64,000 nt of DNA from the NCBI GenBank assembly GCA_963706025.1, contig CAVPLM010000008.1:149561-213560 (forward strand), in the 5' to 3' direction. This document shows positions 1-9,825 of this stretch, one piece after another. How positions within the stretch are numbered: the first letter of the stretch is position 1; each line of letters opens with the position of its first letter. The stretch comes from an uncultured Actinomycetes bacterium (GTDB lineage: Bacteria > Actinomycetota > Thermoleophilia > RBG-16-64-13). The notes under the pieces were generated by a model. It was not told the origin of the DNA, did no database searches, and saw nothing but the letters and a program-made list of their open reading frames with translations. The position numbers and the translations under genes were made by a program.

Positions 1-1649
1 GCTCCGTGCGTGGGGTCTCCGTAGGAGAGTGCTCCCGTCCAGGCGAGGCCCGGAGTGGCCAGGGTGCCCGGCGCTAAGCGGTCGGCCGCTCGCACCACCA
101 TGCTGATCACCTGAGCCCGGGTGATGTAGGCGTAGGGATCGAAGGTGGTCGGTGTCTTACCCAGGGTGATCTGGTTACGGGCGCAGACGGCCACGTATTC
201 GTGGGGATAGAGACTGCTCGGGTCGTCTGCCCCCAGATCGGTGAAGGGAGCGGCCGGGTCGGGGAAGTCGGCTTCGACCGGCGTAAGCCCCAGCGTGCCC
301 ACGATCATCTTGGCGAACTGCTGGCGCTTGACCAGGTCGTCGGGGCCGAAGGTGGTGGGGTCGTACCCGGACACGATCCCCCGGGCGGCCAGCCCTTCCA
401 CCGCTTCCCGGTAGGGATGCCCGGCGGGAACGTCGGTGAAGGTGGGAGGTTCTTCCTCTTCCACCCAGAGGGCCCAGGCGATCTCGTTGTCGGAGCCATC
501 GTTGAGCGAGGCGGCGATGAGATCTCCGGACATGGAGACGTTGCTTCCCCATCCAACTGCAGGAGGAGTGACTCGCTGGGCCAGCCGGTAGGGCTGCACA
601 GGTGTCGCATCAAGGTCAACGACCATTAGATCGTACAGGCTGGCCTCGTCGACTGCCTTCACATAGACCACTCGGCCGCCCTCCGCGGTAAGGAGGAATT
701 CGCGCGCATTGTCGGAAGTCAGCCGCGTCTTCTCCAGTGTACGCAGATCAAGCGTGTAGAGGTCCACTCGATCGCTCAGGTCGCGCTCGGTCCAAAACGC
801 GTAGTCGTCGGTCAAGATCCACCCCCGCGACGGAGAACCATCCGTTTGAACGGTGAGGCCGTCGGCGAGCCGTTGCAGACAGATCTTATTCGACGTCAGG
901 TTGGTGTAGCCGACCCAGTCCTTGCTGATCCGAGGAGTCATGCCAAGGGAGTAGATGGAGGCGTCCCTTCTGGTGAAGATCGTCTTCAGGACCCCTGTGC
1001 TCAGGTCGCGGAACATGACACTCCGCTCGAAGGTGTGTGGGTGTCCCTCGACAAGGCTGGACGTCTCCCACACGATACGTCCGCGATCGATGCGGGGTTC
1101 GAAGTCAGTGACGTCATCATTCGTGACTTTGGTCCAGCCATGGCTCGCGATGTTGTAGGCGACGATGTCGGGGTCGCCGTCATCGAACCTCAAGATCACG
1201 TAGGTGCCGTCGTTACCGTCGACGGAAGCGATCGTGACGTCAGTGGCGTCAGCTATCGTCAAGCTCTCGGTCGAGAGCTGGTAGAGATACCAACGATCGT
1301 GTCCGTGGCTGAATACCGCCAGGTAGTCGCCCCCGATGCACAGGTCCGGGGCAAAGTCCGGGATGCCCACAGGCACGCTGACGATGGTCGTGGTAGTCCC
1401 CGTGGACAGCTCGCGTAGCCTGATGTTCCAACCGGAGCCGCCTCTCTGCGCCCAGACGAGGTGGGTGGAACTGAGCCGGGGATTCACATCGTCGACGCTG
1501 TTGTTGGTGAGCGCGCCCCCGGTCCAGTGGCCGGCGGCCTGGGCGTCCCCCGGGAGAGCCAGCAACACCCCGACTAGCAGGACCGCGAGTGCCAGGACCG
1601 AACCCGCCACGCGCGTCCAAAAAGGGATCGAACCGGCCTTGTGCTTCAC
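1..1649 (-). CDS. Secreted S-layer homology (SLH) domain protein with N-terminal beta-propeller-like repeats; runs off the left edge
   Basis: Not in the ORF track because there is no stop in the window. Manual translation from GTG 1649 is open to base 1 and gives a signal peptide (VKHKAGSIPFWTRVAGSVLALAVLLVGVLLALPGDAQA) followed by SLH motifs [38 protein letters not shown] and FDPYAYITRAQVISMVVRA. Confidence 0.85.
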   Translation of the reverse strand, partial: MKHKAGSIPFWTRVAGSVLALAVLLVGVLLALPGDAQAAGHWTGGALTNNSVDDVNPRLSSTHLVWAQRGGSGWNIRLRELSTGTTTTIVSVPVGIPDFAPDLCIGGDYLAVFSHGHDRWYLYQLSTESLTIADATDVTIASVDGNDGTYVILRFDDGDPDIVAYNIASHGWTKVTNDDVTDFEPRIDRGRIVWETSSLVEGHPHTFERSVMFRDLSTGVLKTIFTRRDASIYSLGMTPRISKDWVGYTNLTSNKICLQRLADGLTVQTDGSPSRGWILTDDYAFWTERDLSDRVDLYTLDLRTLEKTRLTSDNAREFLLTAEGGRVVYVKAVDEASLYDLMVVDLDATPVQPYRLAQRVTPPAVGWGSNVSMSGDLIAASLNDGSDNEIAWALWVEEEEPPTFTDVPAGHPYREAVEGLAARGIVSGYDPTTFGPDDLVKRQQFAKMIVGTLGLTPVEADFPDPAAPFTDLGADDPSSLYPHEYVAVCARNQITLGKTPTTFDPYAYITRAQVISMVVRAADRLAPGTLATPGLAWTGALSYGDPTHG

Positions 1650-1827
1650 GTCTTCATTCCCTGACTCATGCCGAGACAAACGGTACATGATCCCGTGTAC
1701 GAGAATCGGTCGGCAACACCCTCACTGTAGCACTTGATGTACCGCCATGGACCAAATAGCCGCCTAATTGGCCGTCTTGTGAGCAGCGGAGCCCTCGGGA
1801 ATACGTGGTGGACACTGGGACGGCGGC

Positions 1828-1869
1828 CTCCTGAACCTCATGTCGAGTGTTCGAGCCACTCCGGGGGCA
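1828..1869 (+). pseudogene. 3' half of tRNA-Arg(CCT), a probable att-site scar
   Basis: Exact tRNA geometry: anticodon loop CT-CCT-GA, 3' stem ACCTC, variable ATGTC, T-arm GAGTG-TTCGAGC-CACTC, acceptor CGGGGGC and discriminator A. No D-arm or matching 5' anticodon stem lies upstream. Confidence 0.7.
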
Positions 1870-2070
1870 TTCGAGGTTCTCCCTGTTCAAGCCGCGTTGC
1901 TGCTACCACCGCCGGTGCCTACATCGGGGCCGAAACCGCCCGGTTGCCCCTGCCCCTACCGTCATGTGACCCTTACGTGACATGTTCACCTTCGACAAGA
2001 GAAGCACCCGCAGCTATTATTGCTGTATCCATCTGTGTATGGCCGGGACGGAGAGAGGAGGGTCGTACGG

Positions 2071-3912
2071 GTGGAGAACGAAGAGGTAGTCTCTGGCTCG
2101 CTGGATGAGGGATTCGAGGCACTGCAGCAGCTCGTGGAAGCCCTCAAGGGGCGGGCGGAGACAGGCGTCCGCAAACCCCCCCTCGCCGAGTTGCTCGGGG
2201 ATGTGTCTGCGGCACTCGCCGGTCTCCGCGCCAAAGCGCAAGGGGTCTGCCGGGAAAACGAAGAGCTCGCGTCGATCACGGCAGAGACCGAGAGGGAGCT
2301 ACGGCGGGCCGAGGTGACCGAGCGACTCAGCAGCGAACGCTACCGGCAGATCGTCGAGCTTGCGAGCGAGGGCATCTGGATCATCGACGCCGATGACAAG
2401 ACTTCCTTCGTCAACCAGCGCATGGCCGACATGCTCGGGTACAGCGCGGAGGAGATGCTCGGCGAGCCGCTCTTCGTCTTCATGGATGAGGAGTGGCGCA
2501 AGGCTGCAGAGCGGAACGTGGATCGCCGTCGGCAGGGCATCGGCGAGCAACATGACTTCCAATTCCGGCGTAAAGATGGCCGGCCGCTTGTAGCCGCCCT
2601 CTCCACGACGGCTATCGTGGATGAGCAGGGCCGATACCAGGGTGCTCTGGCTTTGGTCACCGACGTTACCGACCGGCGGCAGCTTGAGGCCGAGCGCGGC
2701 GAAGCGCTGCGGCTGAGCGAGGCACTCAGCGGGATGAATCTTACCCTGGGCACGATCCACCACCCCGATCAACTCATGAACCGAGTTATCACGGAGGCTG
2801 CCCAAGCGCTGGGGGCCGAATCGGCCCTTGTCAACCTCCGTCAGGACGGGCACTGGGTGGTGGCTTACACCCACGGGTACCCCGAGGAGCTCCTGGGACA
2901 GACGTTCCAGGACGACGAGTTCACGCTCAGCTCCCAGGTGATGAGGCAGGGGTCTCCCATCGGCGTACCCGACGCCCTTGCCGACGACCGCTGCAATCGT
3001 GACGTAGTGTGCCGGTTAGGTATGCGGTCATTACTGGCAGCTCCGCTCTCCTCGCATGGCCGCCCGGTCGGCACCTTCGTGTTCGGCTTCCAGTCGCGAC
3101 CCGTAGCTACGATCGAGACCCAGGTCGGCTTCGCTGCCCGCCTGGCTGCTTCGGTGTCCTTGGCCCTTGAGAACGCCCAGGCGTTCGAGCACCAGCGGAT
3201 CATTGCCCAGAGCCTCCAGGAGGCGCTGCTGACCGTACCCCCGAGGCTACCCGGCGTGAAGTTCGGTCACGCTCATCGCTCGGCCACCATCGGCGCCGAC
3301 GTGGGCGGGGACTTCTATGACCTCTTCCCCATGGATCGGGGGCACGTAGGTCTTCTCATCGGCGATGTCGCGGGCCGAGGTATCGGGGCGGCAGCATTGG
3401 CCAGCTTGGCCAAGAACGCCATGAAATCCTTCGCCTACGAGCATGGGGCTCCGGCAGCGGTCATGGCAAGGACCAACGAGGTCCTTTGGAGGCAGTCCAA
3501 TGGGGCAAGTTTCATAACCGCCTTCTTTGGCAGACTGGACCTCGCCACCGGTAGGCTTCGGTACGCCCGCGCCGGGCACCCGCCTCCCGTCATCCGGAAG
3601 AAGACCGGAAAGACTCTCTTTCTTGAGTCAGGATCCCCCGTTCTTGCAGCGTGGAACAAATCAGCCTATACAGAGGCCCAGGTCTCGCTCAAGAGCGGCG
3701 ACCTCCTGTTTCTCTACACCGATGGAGCGACCGAGGCTCGTCGCGGTCCGGATTTCTTCGGGGAAGAAAGACTCGTCGATGTTCTCAGGAAGGTGGTGTC
3801 TCAACCAGTCGATCAAGTGCCCGCCGAAGTACTCAGGCACGTCGTCGAGTTTGCAGGCGGAGCCTTGCCGGACGACCTCGCTCTTCTCGCGCTCAGCCTC
3901 GAAGGAAGCTGA
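2071..3912 (+). CDS. PAS-GAF-SpoIIE (PP2C) phosphoserine phosphatase, RsbU/RsbP-like
   Basis: PAS (IVELASEGIWIID...FVNQRMADMLGYS), then GAF, then PP2C motifs VGGDFYD, IGDVAGRG, RAGHPPP, LYTDGATE and DDLALL. The start is moved to GTG 2071 after the RBS GAGGAGG. Confidence 0.9.
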   Translation: MENEEVVSGSLDEGFEALQQLVEALKGRAETGVRKPPLAELLGDVSAALAGLRAKAQGVCRENEELASITAETERELRRAEVTERLSSERYRQIVELASEGIWIIDADDKTSFVNQRMADMLGYSAEEMLGEPLFVFMDEEWRKAAERNVDRRRQGIGEQHDFQFRRKDGRPLVAALSTTAIVDEQGRYQGALALVTDVTDRRQLEAERGEALRLSEALSGMNLTLGTIHHPDQLMNRVITEAAQALGAESALVNLRQDGHWVVAYTHGYPEELLGQTFQDDEFTLSSQVMRQGSPIGVPDALADDRCNRDVVCRLGMRSLLAAPLSSHGRPVGTFVFGFQSRPVATIETQVGFAARLAASVSLALENAQAFEHQRIIAQSLQEALLTVPPRLPGVKFGHAHRSATIGADVGGDFYDLFPMDRGHVGLLIGDVAGRGIGAAALASLAKNAMKSFAYEHGAPAAVMARTNEVLWRQSNGASFITAFFGRLDLATGRLRYARAGHPPPVIRKKTGKTLFLESGSPVLAAWNKSAYTEAQVSLKSGDLLFLYTDGATEARRGPDFFGEERLVDVLRKVVSQPVDQVPAEVLRHVVEFAGGALPDDLALLALSLEGS

Positions 3913-3954
3913 ACGAAGCCGGCGGGGAGGACTCTCGCTCAGACCTCGCTTCAG

Positions 3955-3978
3955 CAGAGCAGCGTGACGTCTGCTCTG
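3955..3978 (+). terminator. Hairpin downstream of the PP2C gene (possible terminator)
   Basis: Perfect 8-bp stem CAGAGCAG/CTGCTCTG with an 8-nt loop and no U-tract. Confidence 0.4.
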
Positions 3979-4230
3979 AGGGCCTCCGATAGCGACTCGA
4001 GGTGTATACTGAAGCGCAGCAGAGACGTTCTCTGCTCTCAGAAGGGCCAGAATGGGCACCGCACCCGTGAATTGTGCGCAGCAAGCGCAAACCCACTGTT
4101 GCCTTCCCGTCTTTTCCTCCTCCGCCAATCTCAACGGGCGCGTCGTCGCTGACCGGGCTCTCCGTCGCTCAGGGACCCACGCGCAACCCGAATCTACGAC
4201 AGTTGACGAGCGAGAGGACACTACGGGGCC

Positions 4231-4392
4231 ATGAGGATCGAAGTACAAGAGGCGCAGACATCGACGTCCGAGCGGCCGCTGTGGGTGTGGCGCGTCTGGC
4301 TCAACGGCCGCCTAAGCCAGGGATTCAGCCCGAGCGAAAAGGACGCAAAGCACCAGGCGGCTCTCGCGCAGCATCCCGTTCACGGCCGCTGA
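4231..4392 (+). CDS. Small hypothetical protein (53 aa)
   Basis: MRIEVQEAQTSTSERPLWVWRVWLNGRLSQGFSPSEKDAKHQAALAQHPVHGR. It has an upstream GAGAGG and fills an otherwise empty gap. It is below the ORF-track cutoff. Confidence 0.55.
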   Translation: MRIEVQEAQTSTSERPLWVWRVWLNGRLSQGFSPSEKDAKHQAALAQHPVHGR

Positions 4393-4431
4393 CGCCAGCG
4401 CCAGGCATCCTGGGCGCGTCCGCCGGATCGG

Positions 4432-4815
4432 CTACGGCAGGAGCACCTCCGCCTCGATCTCCAGAAGCCACTCCGGCAGCACGAGCCTCGAGATCTGGAG
4501 AGTAGTGCTGGGCACAGGGCTGGTGAAGTGCGCCTTCCGAAAGGCGGCGATCGTCGAGTAGTGGGCATCGATGTCGGTAGAGTAGACGTGCAGTTTCACA
4601 ATATCGTCGAATCCGGCCCCGATCGATTCCAGAGCTCTCCTCAAGTTTTCGAAGACCTGGCGAGTCTGGGCTTCGATATCTCCCTCTCCGACAGTGTTCC
4701 CGTTCTCATCCACCGAGACCTGACCGGCGATCCATGCTTGTTTGCCGGATTTCAGCACCTGAGCATACCGAGGCCGGGGGTCCCAGAGCCCCTCCGGCTG
4801 AATCAACTCGCGCAC
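4432..4815 (-). CDS. RidA/YjgF/YER057c family protein
   Basis: IAGQV...GDIEAQTRQVFENL...DIVKL and C-terminal LLEIEA. The catalytic Arg position reads PSTT, indicating a non-RidA subfamily. Confidence 0.9.
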   Translation of the reverse strand: MRELIQPEGLWDPRPRYAQVLKSGKQAWIAGQVSVDENGNTVGEGDIEAQTRQVFENLRRALESIGAGFDDIVKLHVYSTDIDAHYSTIAAFRKAHFTSPVPSTTLQISRLVLPEWLLEIEAEVLLP

Positions 4816-5009
4816 CCACCTCTCCCTTCGAGCTCGTTGGCAGGACCTTGCGTTTGCGGGAAGCCGTGCCTTCCCTTTCCACTCTAGCGCATACCCGGTT
4901 TCGCCATTCCCGCTGTGATATCGTCCGGGATGCCATCCCAGGCCTCATCGACGCCCCGTGAGCGTGGCAGTGCGGCGGCAAGCCAACGTGTCAAAGCGGA
5001 GAAGATTGC

Positions 5010-6170
5010 ATGAATCTCTACGAGTTCGAGGGAAAAGCTCTTCTGAGGCGGGCAGGCGTGGCCACCCCACGAGGAATCTTCGCCGGCGATCCTGACGAAG
5101 CGCGGGCCGCTGGGCACACCATCGGGTATCCCTGCGTGGTGAAGAGTCAGGTCCTGATCGGGGGACGGGGAAAGGCCGGCGGGATCGCGGTGGTGGAGAC
5201 CGCCGGGCAGCTCGAGACGGAGGCCGCCCGCATCCGAGCACTCGCCATCCGGGGCGAGTCCCCGGTCGGTCTTCTGGTGGAGGAGCGGGTACCGCCGGGT
5301 CGGGAGATGTACGTCTCGGTGGTTTTCGATATGTCGGCCGGCTCGCCCGTGCTCCTCTTCTCCCCGTTTGGAGGGATGGACGTGGAGGCCAACAGTGAGC
5401 AGCTCCTACGCATGCCGGTGGCAGTCGACCAACTCGCAAAGGTGACGCCCGAGTGGGTCACAGCCCGTCTGGAGGCTCGACTCGCGGTTGAATACGCCGG
5501 CCGGCTGGGCAAACCCCTGCTGGCCGAGATCGGCGCACTTCTCGCGAACCTGCTCAAGACCGCCCTTGAGAACGACCTGGAGCTTATCGAGATCAACCCG
5601 TTGATAGCCACCGCCGGGGGGCTCGTTGCAGCCGACGCCAAGGTGACCATCGACGACGATGCCCTGTTCCGGCAGCAGGATCTGGTCTTGGTCGAACGTC
5701 CCCCTCTGGGTGAATTGGAAGCCCGAGCCAAGGCGGCCTCACTGAACTTCGTGGACTTGGACGGGGAGATATGCCTGATGGCCAATGGAGCAGGCCTGAA
5801 CATGTCTCTGCTCGATGCGGTCGGTCGACTCGGGTCCAGTCCTGCCAACTTCCTCGATACGGGGGGCGGAGCCAGCACGGAGAAGGCATACCAAGGGATG
5901 CGCATCCTCCAGGACCGAGGCCTGCGTGATCCCAAGGTCCGCGCCCATCTGCTGATGCTGAGTCTCGCGATCACCCGGGCCCGGGAGGCGGCTCGTGGCA
6001 TCATACGAGCCGTGCAGGAGATCCCTGACGATCCGGTAGGCACGATCGCAGTGGTCCACGGCACCGGGGCCGAAGAGGGCGCCCGCCTGCTGGAAGAAGC
6101 GGGCATACGGGTGGCTCCCGACATCAAGACCGCGGTCGAGTTGGCCGTAGCTTCGCAGAGGAGGCGGTGA
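5010..6170 (+). CDS. sucC: Succinyl-CoA ligase (ADP-forming) beta subunit
   Basis: MNLYEFEGK, VKSQVLIGGRGKAGGI, EINPL, DAKV, NGAGL, PANFLDTGG. Confidence 0.9.
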   Translation: MNLYEFEGKALLRRAGVATPRGIFAGDPDEARAAGHTIGYPCVVKSQVLIGGRGKAGGIAVVETAGQLETEAARIRALAIRGESPVGLLVEERVPPGREMYVSVVFDMSAGSPVLLFSPFGGMDVEANSEQLLRMPVAVDQLAKVTPEWVTARLEARLAVEYAGRLGKPLLAEIGALLANLLKTALENDLELIEINPLIATAGGLVAADAKVTIDDDALFRQQDLVLVERPPLGELEARAKAASLNFVDLDGEICLMANGAGLNMSLLDAVGRLGSSPANFLDTGGGASTEKAYQGMRILQDRGLRDPKVRAHLLMLSLAITRAREAARGIIRAVQEIPDDPVGTIAVVHGTGAEEGARLLEEAGIRVAPDIKTAVELAVASQRRR

Positions 6171-6173
6171 GCC

Positions 6174-7082
6174 ATGGGTTTCTTGTGTGACCACACCACC
6201 CGCGTGCTCGTCCAAGGGATCACCGGCAACTTCGGGAGGACGCAGACACGCCTCATGCTGGATTACGGCACGCAGATCGTTGCAGGTGTGACCCCCGGCA
6301 AAGCCGGCGAGACGGCCGAGGGCGTGCCCGTCTTCGACACTGTGGCCGATGCGATAGCCGGAGCCGGTCCCATCGATGCCGGCGTCGTCTACGTTCCGGC
6401 CCGCTTTGCTAGGTCGGCGATAGAGGAGGCGGTGGAAGCGGGCATTCCGCTGGTCGCGGTGATCACAGAAGGCGTGCCGCTCTACGACGAGATGTACGCG
6501 TGTGATCTTGCCCGGAAGCGAGACGTGTGGCTCATCGGTCCCAACTGTCCCGGCATCTTGGTCCCGGGCGAGACCAGCCTGGGCATGATCCCTCCCAGCT
6601 CGACCTCGGTTGGCAACATCGCGGTGATCAGCCGGAGTGGGACCCTCACCTTTGAGATCACCAAAGTCTTGTCCGATGCCGGACTCGGCCAGTCGGTGTG
6701 CGTCGGCATCGGTGGCGACCGGGTCATCGGCCGTGATTTCGCCGACTACCTGCGCCTGGCGGAGCGAGACGAGGCCACTCGGGTGATCGTCCTCGTGGGT
6801 GAGATAGGGGGCGACGCCGAGGAGAAAGCTGCCGAGGTCATCGCCGGCGAGATCCGGAAACCGATCGTGGGCCTACTCGTGGGTAGACATGCCCCCGTTG
6901 GCAAGCGCATGGGACATGCCGGCGCCATGATCTCCGGGGGCAAGGGCACCATCGCGAGCAAAGAGGCGGCTCTTTCCGCAGCGGGGGTCCACCTGGTCGA
7001 CTATCTCTGGGAACTCCCCGACGCGATCCACGCCTTGGGGGCGATTGGGTCCACGCGCGGAAGCCCGCGAGATCTCCGGTAG
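6174..7082 (+). CDS. sucD: Succinyl-CoA ligase alpha subunit
   Basis: VQGITG, GVTPGK, IGPNCPG, SRSGTLT, GIGGD and the phospho-His motif RMGHAGA. Confidence 0.93.
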   Translation: MGFLCDHTTRVLVQGITGNFGRTQTRLMLDYGTQIVAGVTPGKAGETAEGVPVFDTVADAIAGAGPIDAGVVYVPARFARSAIEEAVEAGIPLVAVITEGVPLYDEMYACDLARKRDVWLIGPNCPGILVPGETSLGMIPPSSTSVGNIAVISRSGTLTFEITKVLSDAGLGQSVCVGIGGDRVIGRDFADYLRLAERDEATRVIVLVGEIGGDAEEKAAEVIAGEIRKPIVGLLVGRHAPVGKRMGHAGAMISGGKGTIASKEAALSAAGVHLVDYLWELPDAIHALGAIGSTRGSPRDLR

Positions 7083-7100
7083 CGCCCTTGGAGCTCGTTC

Positions 7101-8426
7101 TTAAGGCTCCACCAGCTTCAGCCCCAGCCTCAGTCCCTCCACGTTGGTGGCGGCGGCTTTCTCGTCCTGAAGACGCCGTGAGGCCTCGACGAAGGCTTCG
7201 GGCGGATAGAGATCCTCCGCACTGAGGACCGCGCCCACACCCACGGCGGCCAAGGCCAGGTGATGCACGCTCTTGGCCGTCTCTTGGAAGGGCAGGTACG
7301 TGACCTGAGCGCGGGTGCTCACCGTGCCCAGCTTCTCTTCGACGAACAACCGGGTGGTCGGCGGGAAACCGGCCAGCTTCCTCTCCAGGTAGCTGAGGCC
7401 GTCCCGGGAGAGGATGAGGCCGATGTCCGGGACGTCGACCCCCGTGTAGAGGATGGGATCGGGGGACACTATGACCTCCGCCACCGAGTAGCCCGTCCTC
7501 ACCGTCACCGGGTAGTCGTCCTTCTGGGTGGCCTGCAGCCCGCTCAGTATGGCGCCGGCGCCGAGCACGGTCGCAGCCGAGCGAATCTTGAGGCCGGCTG
7601 ATCCGCAGATGAGGATCCCGCGCCGCTCCTTGAGGGAGCTCCGGACTACCGGGTCCAATCCCACCCCGGGGGCAGGCTTCGCGATCTGGGCGCCGCGGCT
7701 CTGCTCCCGGTAGGCCCAGCTGAACTCGGGCCGGCCGTCCCGGCGCACGACCCCGGGCGGCATCTCCAGCTCCTCCATCATCCGAGCCATGGTCTCCCGG
7801 TTCAGGGGATGGCGACGGGCGAAGTAGGCGACACACACATCCCAGATATCGACCAGGGCGAAGCCCTCGGTCGCCACGGCTTCGGCCACGACCTCCGCCG
7901 CGTCGTCGGACACCACGCTGGTGCGGGCCAGGAACGAGGGGCGGGCCGGGCGAAGAGTCTCGACGATGTCCAGAGGTATCTCGACGTTCCCCCATGGTGT
8001 GGAGGAGGTGACCATGCCCACGGGCGTGGTCACCGACTGCTGCCCCCCGGTCATGCCGTAGTTGAAGTTGTTCGCGACGATGACGGTGATGCCGATATTG
8101 CGGCGGGCGGCTGCCAGCAGGTGCCCGCCGCCGATCCCCATGCCCCCGTCGCCCATCAGCACGATGACCTTCAGGGCGGGATTGGCCAGTTTGATGCCCG
8201 AGGCGTAGGTGATGGACCGCCCGTGCAGCCCGTGAAAGGCGTTCGTCCTGAAGCTCTTGTCCACCATGCCGATGCAGCCGATGTCGGTGACCAGCACCAC
8301 CTGCTCGGGGGCGTAGCCCAGGGCCTGCAAGGCTCGGTCCAGGTAGCCGGCGATCTTGCCGTGGCCGCAGCCGGGGCAGAAGGTGGTCGGCAGGGTGTCG
8401 GGGCGGAAATACCCGCTTTCCGTCAT
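7101..8426 (-). CDS. 2-oxoacid:ferredoxin oxidoreductase, beta (TPP-binding) fused to a gamma-like domain
   Basis: The real start is MTESGY (ATGA overlap with the alpha gene). Motifs FCPGCGHG, DIGC, LHGR and GDG...NNFNYGMTGGQ are followed by a gamma-like domain (CGSAGLKI...TQKDDYPVTVRTGYS). Confidence 0.88.
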   Translation of the reverse strand: MTESGYFRPDTLPTTFCPGCGHGKIAGYLDRALQALGYAPEQVVLVTDIGCIGMVDKSFRTNAFHGLHGRSITYASGIKLANPALKVIVLMGDGGMGIGGGHLLAAARRNIGITVIVANNFNYGMTGGQQSVTTPVGMVTSSTPWGNVEIPLDIVETLRPARPSFLARTSVVSDDAAEVVAEAVATEGFALVDIWDVCVAYFARRHPLNRETMARMMEELEMPPGVVRRDGRPEFSWAYREQSRGAQIAKPAPGVGLDPVVRSSLKERRGILICGSAGLKIRSAATVLGAGAILSGLQATQKDDYPVTVRTGYSVAEVIVSPDPILYTGVDVPDIGLILSRDGLSYLERKLAGFPPTTRLFVEEKLGTVSTRAQVTYLPFQETAKSVHHLALAAVGVGAVLSAEDLYPPEAFVEASRRLQDEKAAATNVEGLRLGLKLVEP

Positions 8427-9556
8427 AGCAGCCCCCCTCCTTCGAGTATCTCTGCAGGGGTCACAAGATCGGTGTTCATCTTGCTTACCGGGACCACCGC
8501 CAGCGGGGCTGCCAGCTTTCGCACCTCTTCCACATATTGGCCCAGGTTCATTTCCGGGACCAGCACCCGTCCATCCGCGGAAAGCGTCCCCAGGGCCTCC
8601 TCGATGGCGTGCTCCGGGACCGGGTAGAGGGTCTTGAGGACCAGCAGGCTCACCCGCCGCCCCGCCTTTCTGGCCAAGGCCGCCGCCTCCCGCGCGGAAC
8701 GAGCGGTCACGCCGTACGCCACGATGAGGGTATCGGCGCCTTCCTGGAGATCGAACTCGTAGCGGGCGAGGGGGGGTGCATAGTCGATGATCTTCCGTTG
8801 GAGGTGCTCCATCATCTCGGCGATGATGTGCGGGTCCTTGGTCAGGAACCCGGCCTGGTCGTGCATGCTCGTGGTGTAGCGCACCACGTGCGGGCCCCCA
8901 AGCGGGCTGAAAAGAGGCACATCGGCCGGTCGCTGGAACCCATGGGGAACGAAGCTCTGGTCGTCTGGGGCGAGGGTCCGCGACACCAGCGGTGGTGCCT
9001 CGCGCCGCACTTCCTCCAGGTCGATGCGCTCCCTGAGAAGGCCGATCTCCTTCTGGGAAGCCAGTATGACCGGAGTCCTGAACCGCTCCGCAAGGTTGAA
9101 GGCTTCGATGGTGAGGACATAGCATTCCTTCACGTTCTCGGGCGACAGCACGAACAGTGGCAGCCCCCCGGACGTGCCCCAGCGGAGGAATTGGATGTCC
9201 CCGTCGGCCCCTTGGGTGGCAGACCCGGTAGCAGGACCCTGGCGCTGTACATCCACGATCACGATCGGGGTCTCACCCATGATGGCGAGCCCGATGTTCT
9301 CGGAATACAGGCTCATCCCGGGCCCCGAGGTAGCGGTCATGACCTTGAGACCGGCCATGGCCGCCCCGATGCACATCCCGATGGAGGCAAGCTCGTCTTC
9401 GGCTTGAACGGCTACGCCGCCCACTCTGGGGAGCTCCCGGGCCAGGCCGGTGAGGATAGAGGTGGCCGGGGTGATCGGGTAGCCGGCGAAGAACCGGCAG
9501 CCCGCATCGACCGCCGCCCGAACCACCGCGTCGTTGCCTTCAAGGAACTCGATCAT
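8423..9556 (-). CDS. 2-oxoacid:ferredoxin oxidoreductase alpha subunit (KorA-like)
   Basis: FFAGYPITPAT, QAEDELAS, TATSGPG, DVQRQGPATG, VPEMNLGQY. Confidence 0.92.
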   Translation of the reverse strand: MIEFLEGNDAVVRAAVDAGCRFFAGYPITPATSILTGLARELPRVGGVAVQAEDELASIGMCIGAAMAGLKVMTATSGPGMSLYSENIGLAIMGETPIVIVDVQRQGPATGSATQGADGDIQFLRWGTSGGLPLFVLSPENVKECYVLTIEAFNLAERFRTPVILASQKEIGLLRERIDLEEVRREAPPLVSRTLAPDDQSFVPHGFQRPADVPLFSPLGGPHVVRYTTSMHDQAGFLTKDPHIIAEMMEHLQRKIIDYAPPLARYEFDLQEGADTLIVAYGVTARSAREAAALARKAGRRVSLLVLKTLYPVPEHAIEEALGTLSADGRVLVPEMNLGQYVEEVRKLAAPLAVVPVSKMNTDLVTPAEILEGGGLL

Positions 9557-9825
9557 ACCGCGGCTCTTGGTGTGCAACTCGTCAAGATCTCGGGGCTGCT
9601 GTCGTGAATCCCGGCCCGGTACGGATCGATCCTTCTATCCATCCCTGTCCCTTCGATTGCATTCTGGGGGCAGGATAACAGACTCGCCCGTCTCCCCTGG
9701 TCAGCAATGCAGCCCGGGGTCACCGCGCGCAGGATTGTACTACAGAGCCTCTGTGTCGACCGTCAGCCGCAGGCCCCGCGACCCGGGGCATCGATCCCGT
9801 CCTCAGTGCACGTGTGAGGCGACTC

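Noticed and set aside
1791-1869. Intact functional tRNA-Arg
   Set aside because: There is no D-arm, the anticodon stem has two mismatches and the 5' spacing is too long. It is reported only as a 3' fragment.
5147-6256. Long antisense or alternative-frame ORFs (also 6838-7995, 8537-9607, 20350-21642, 49926-51377 and others)
   Set aside because: They are shadow ORFs typical of high-GC DNA that overlap well-supported genes and have Arg/Pro-rich, motif-free translations.
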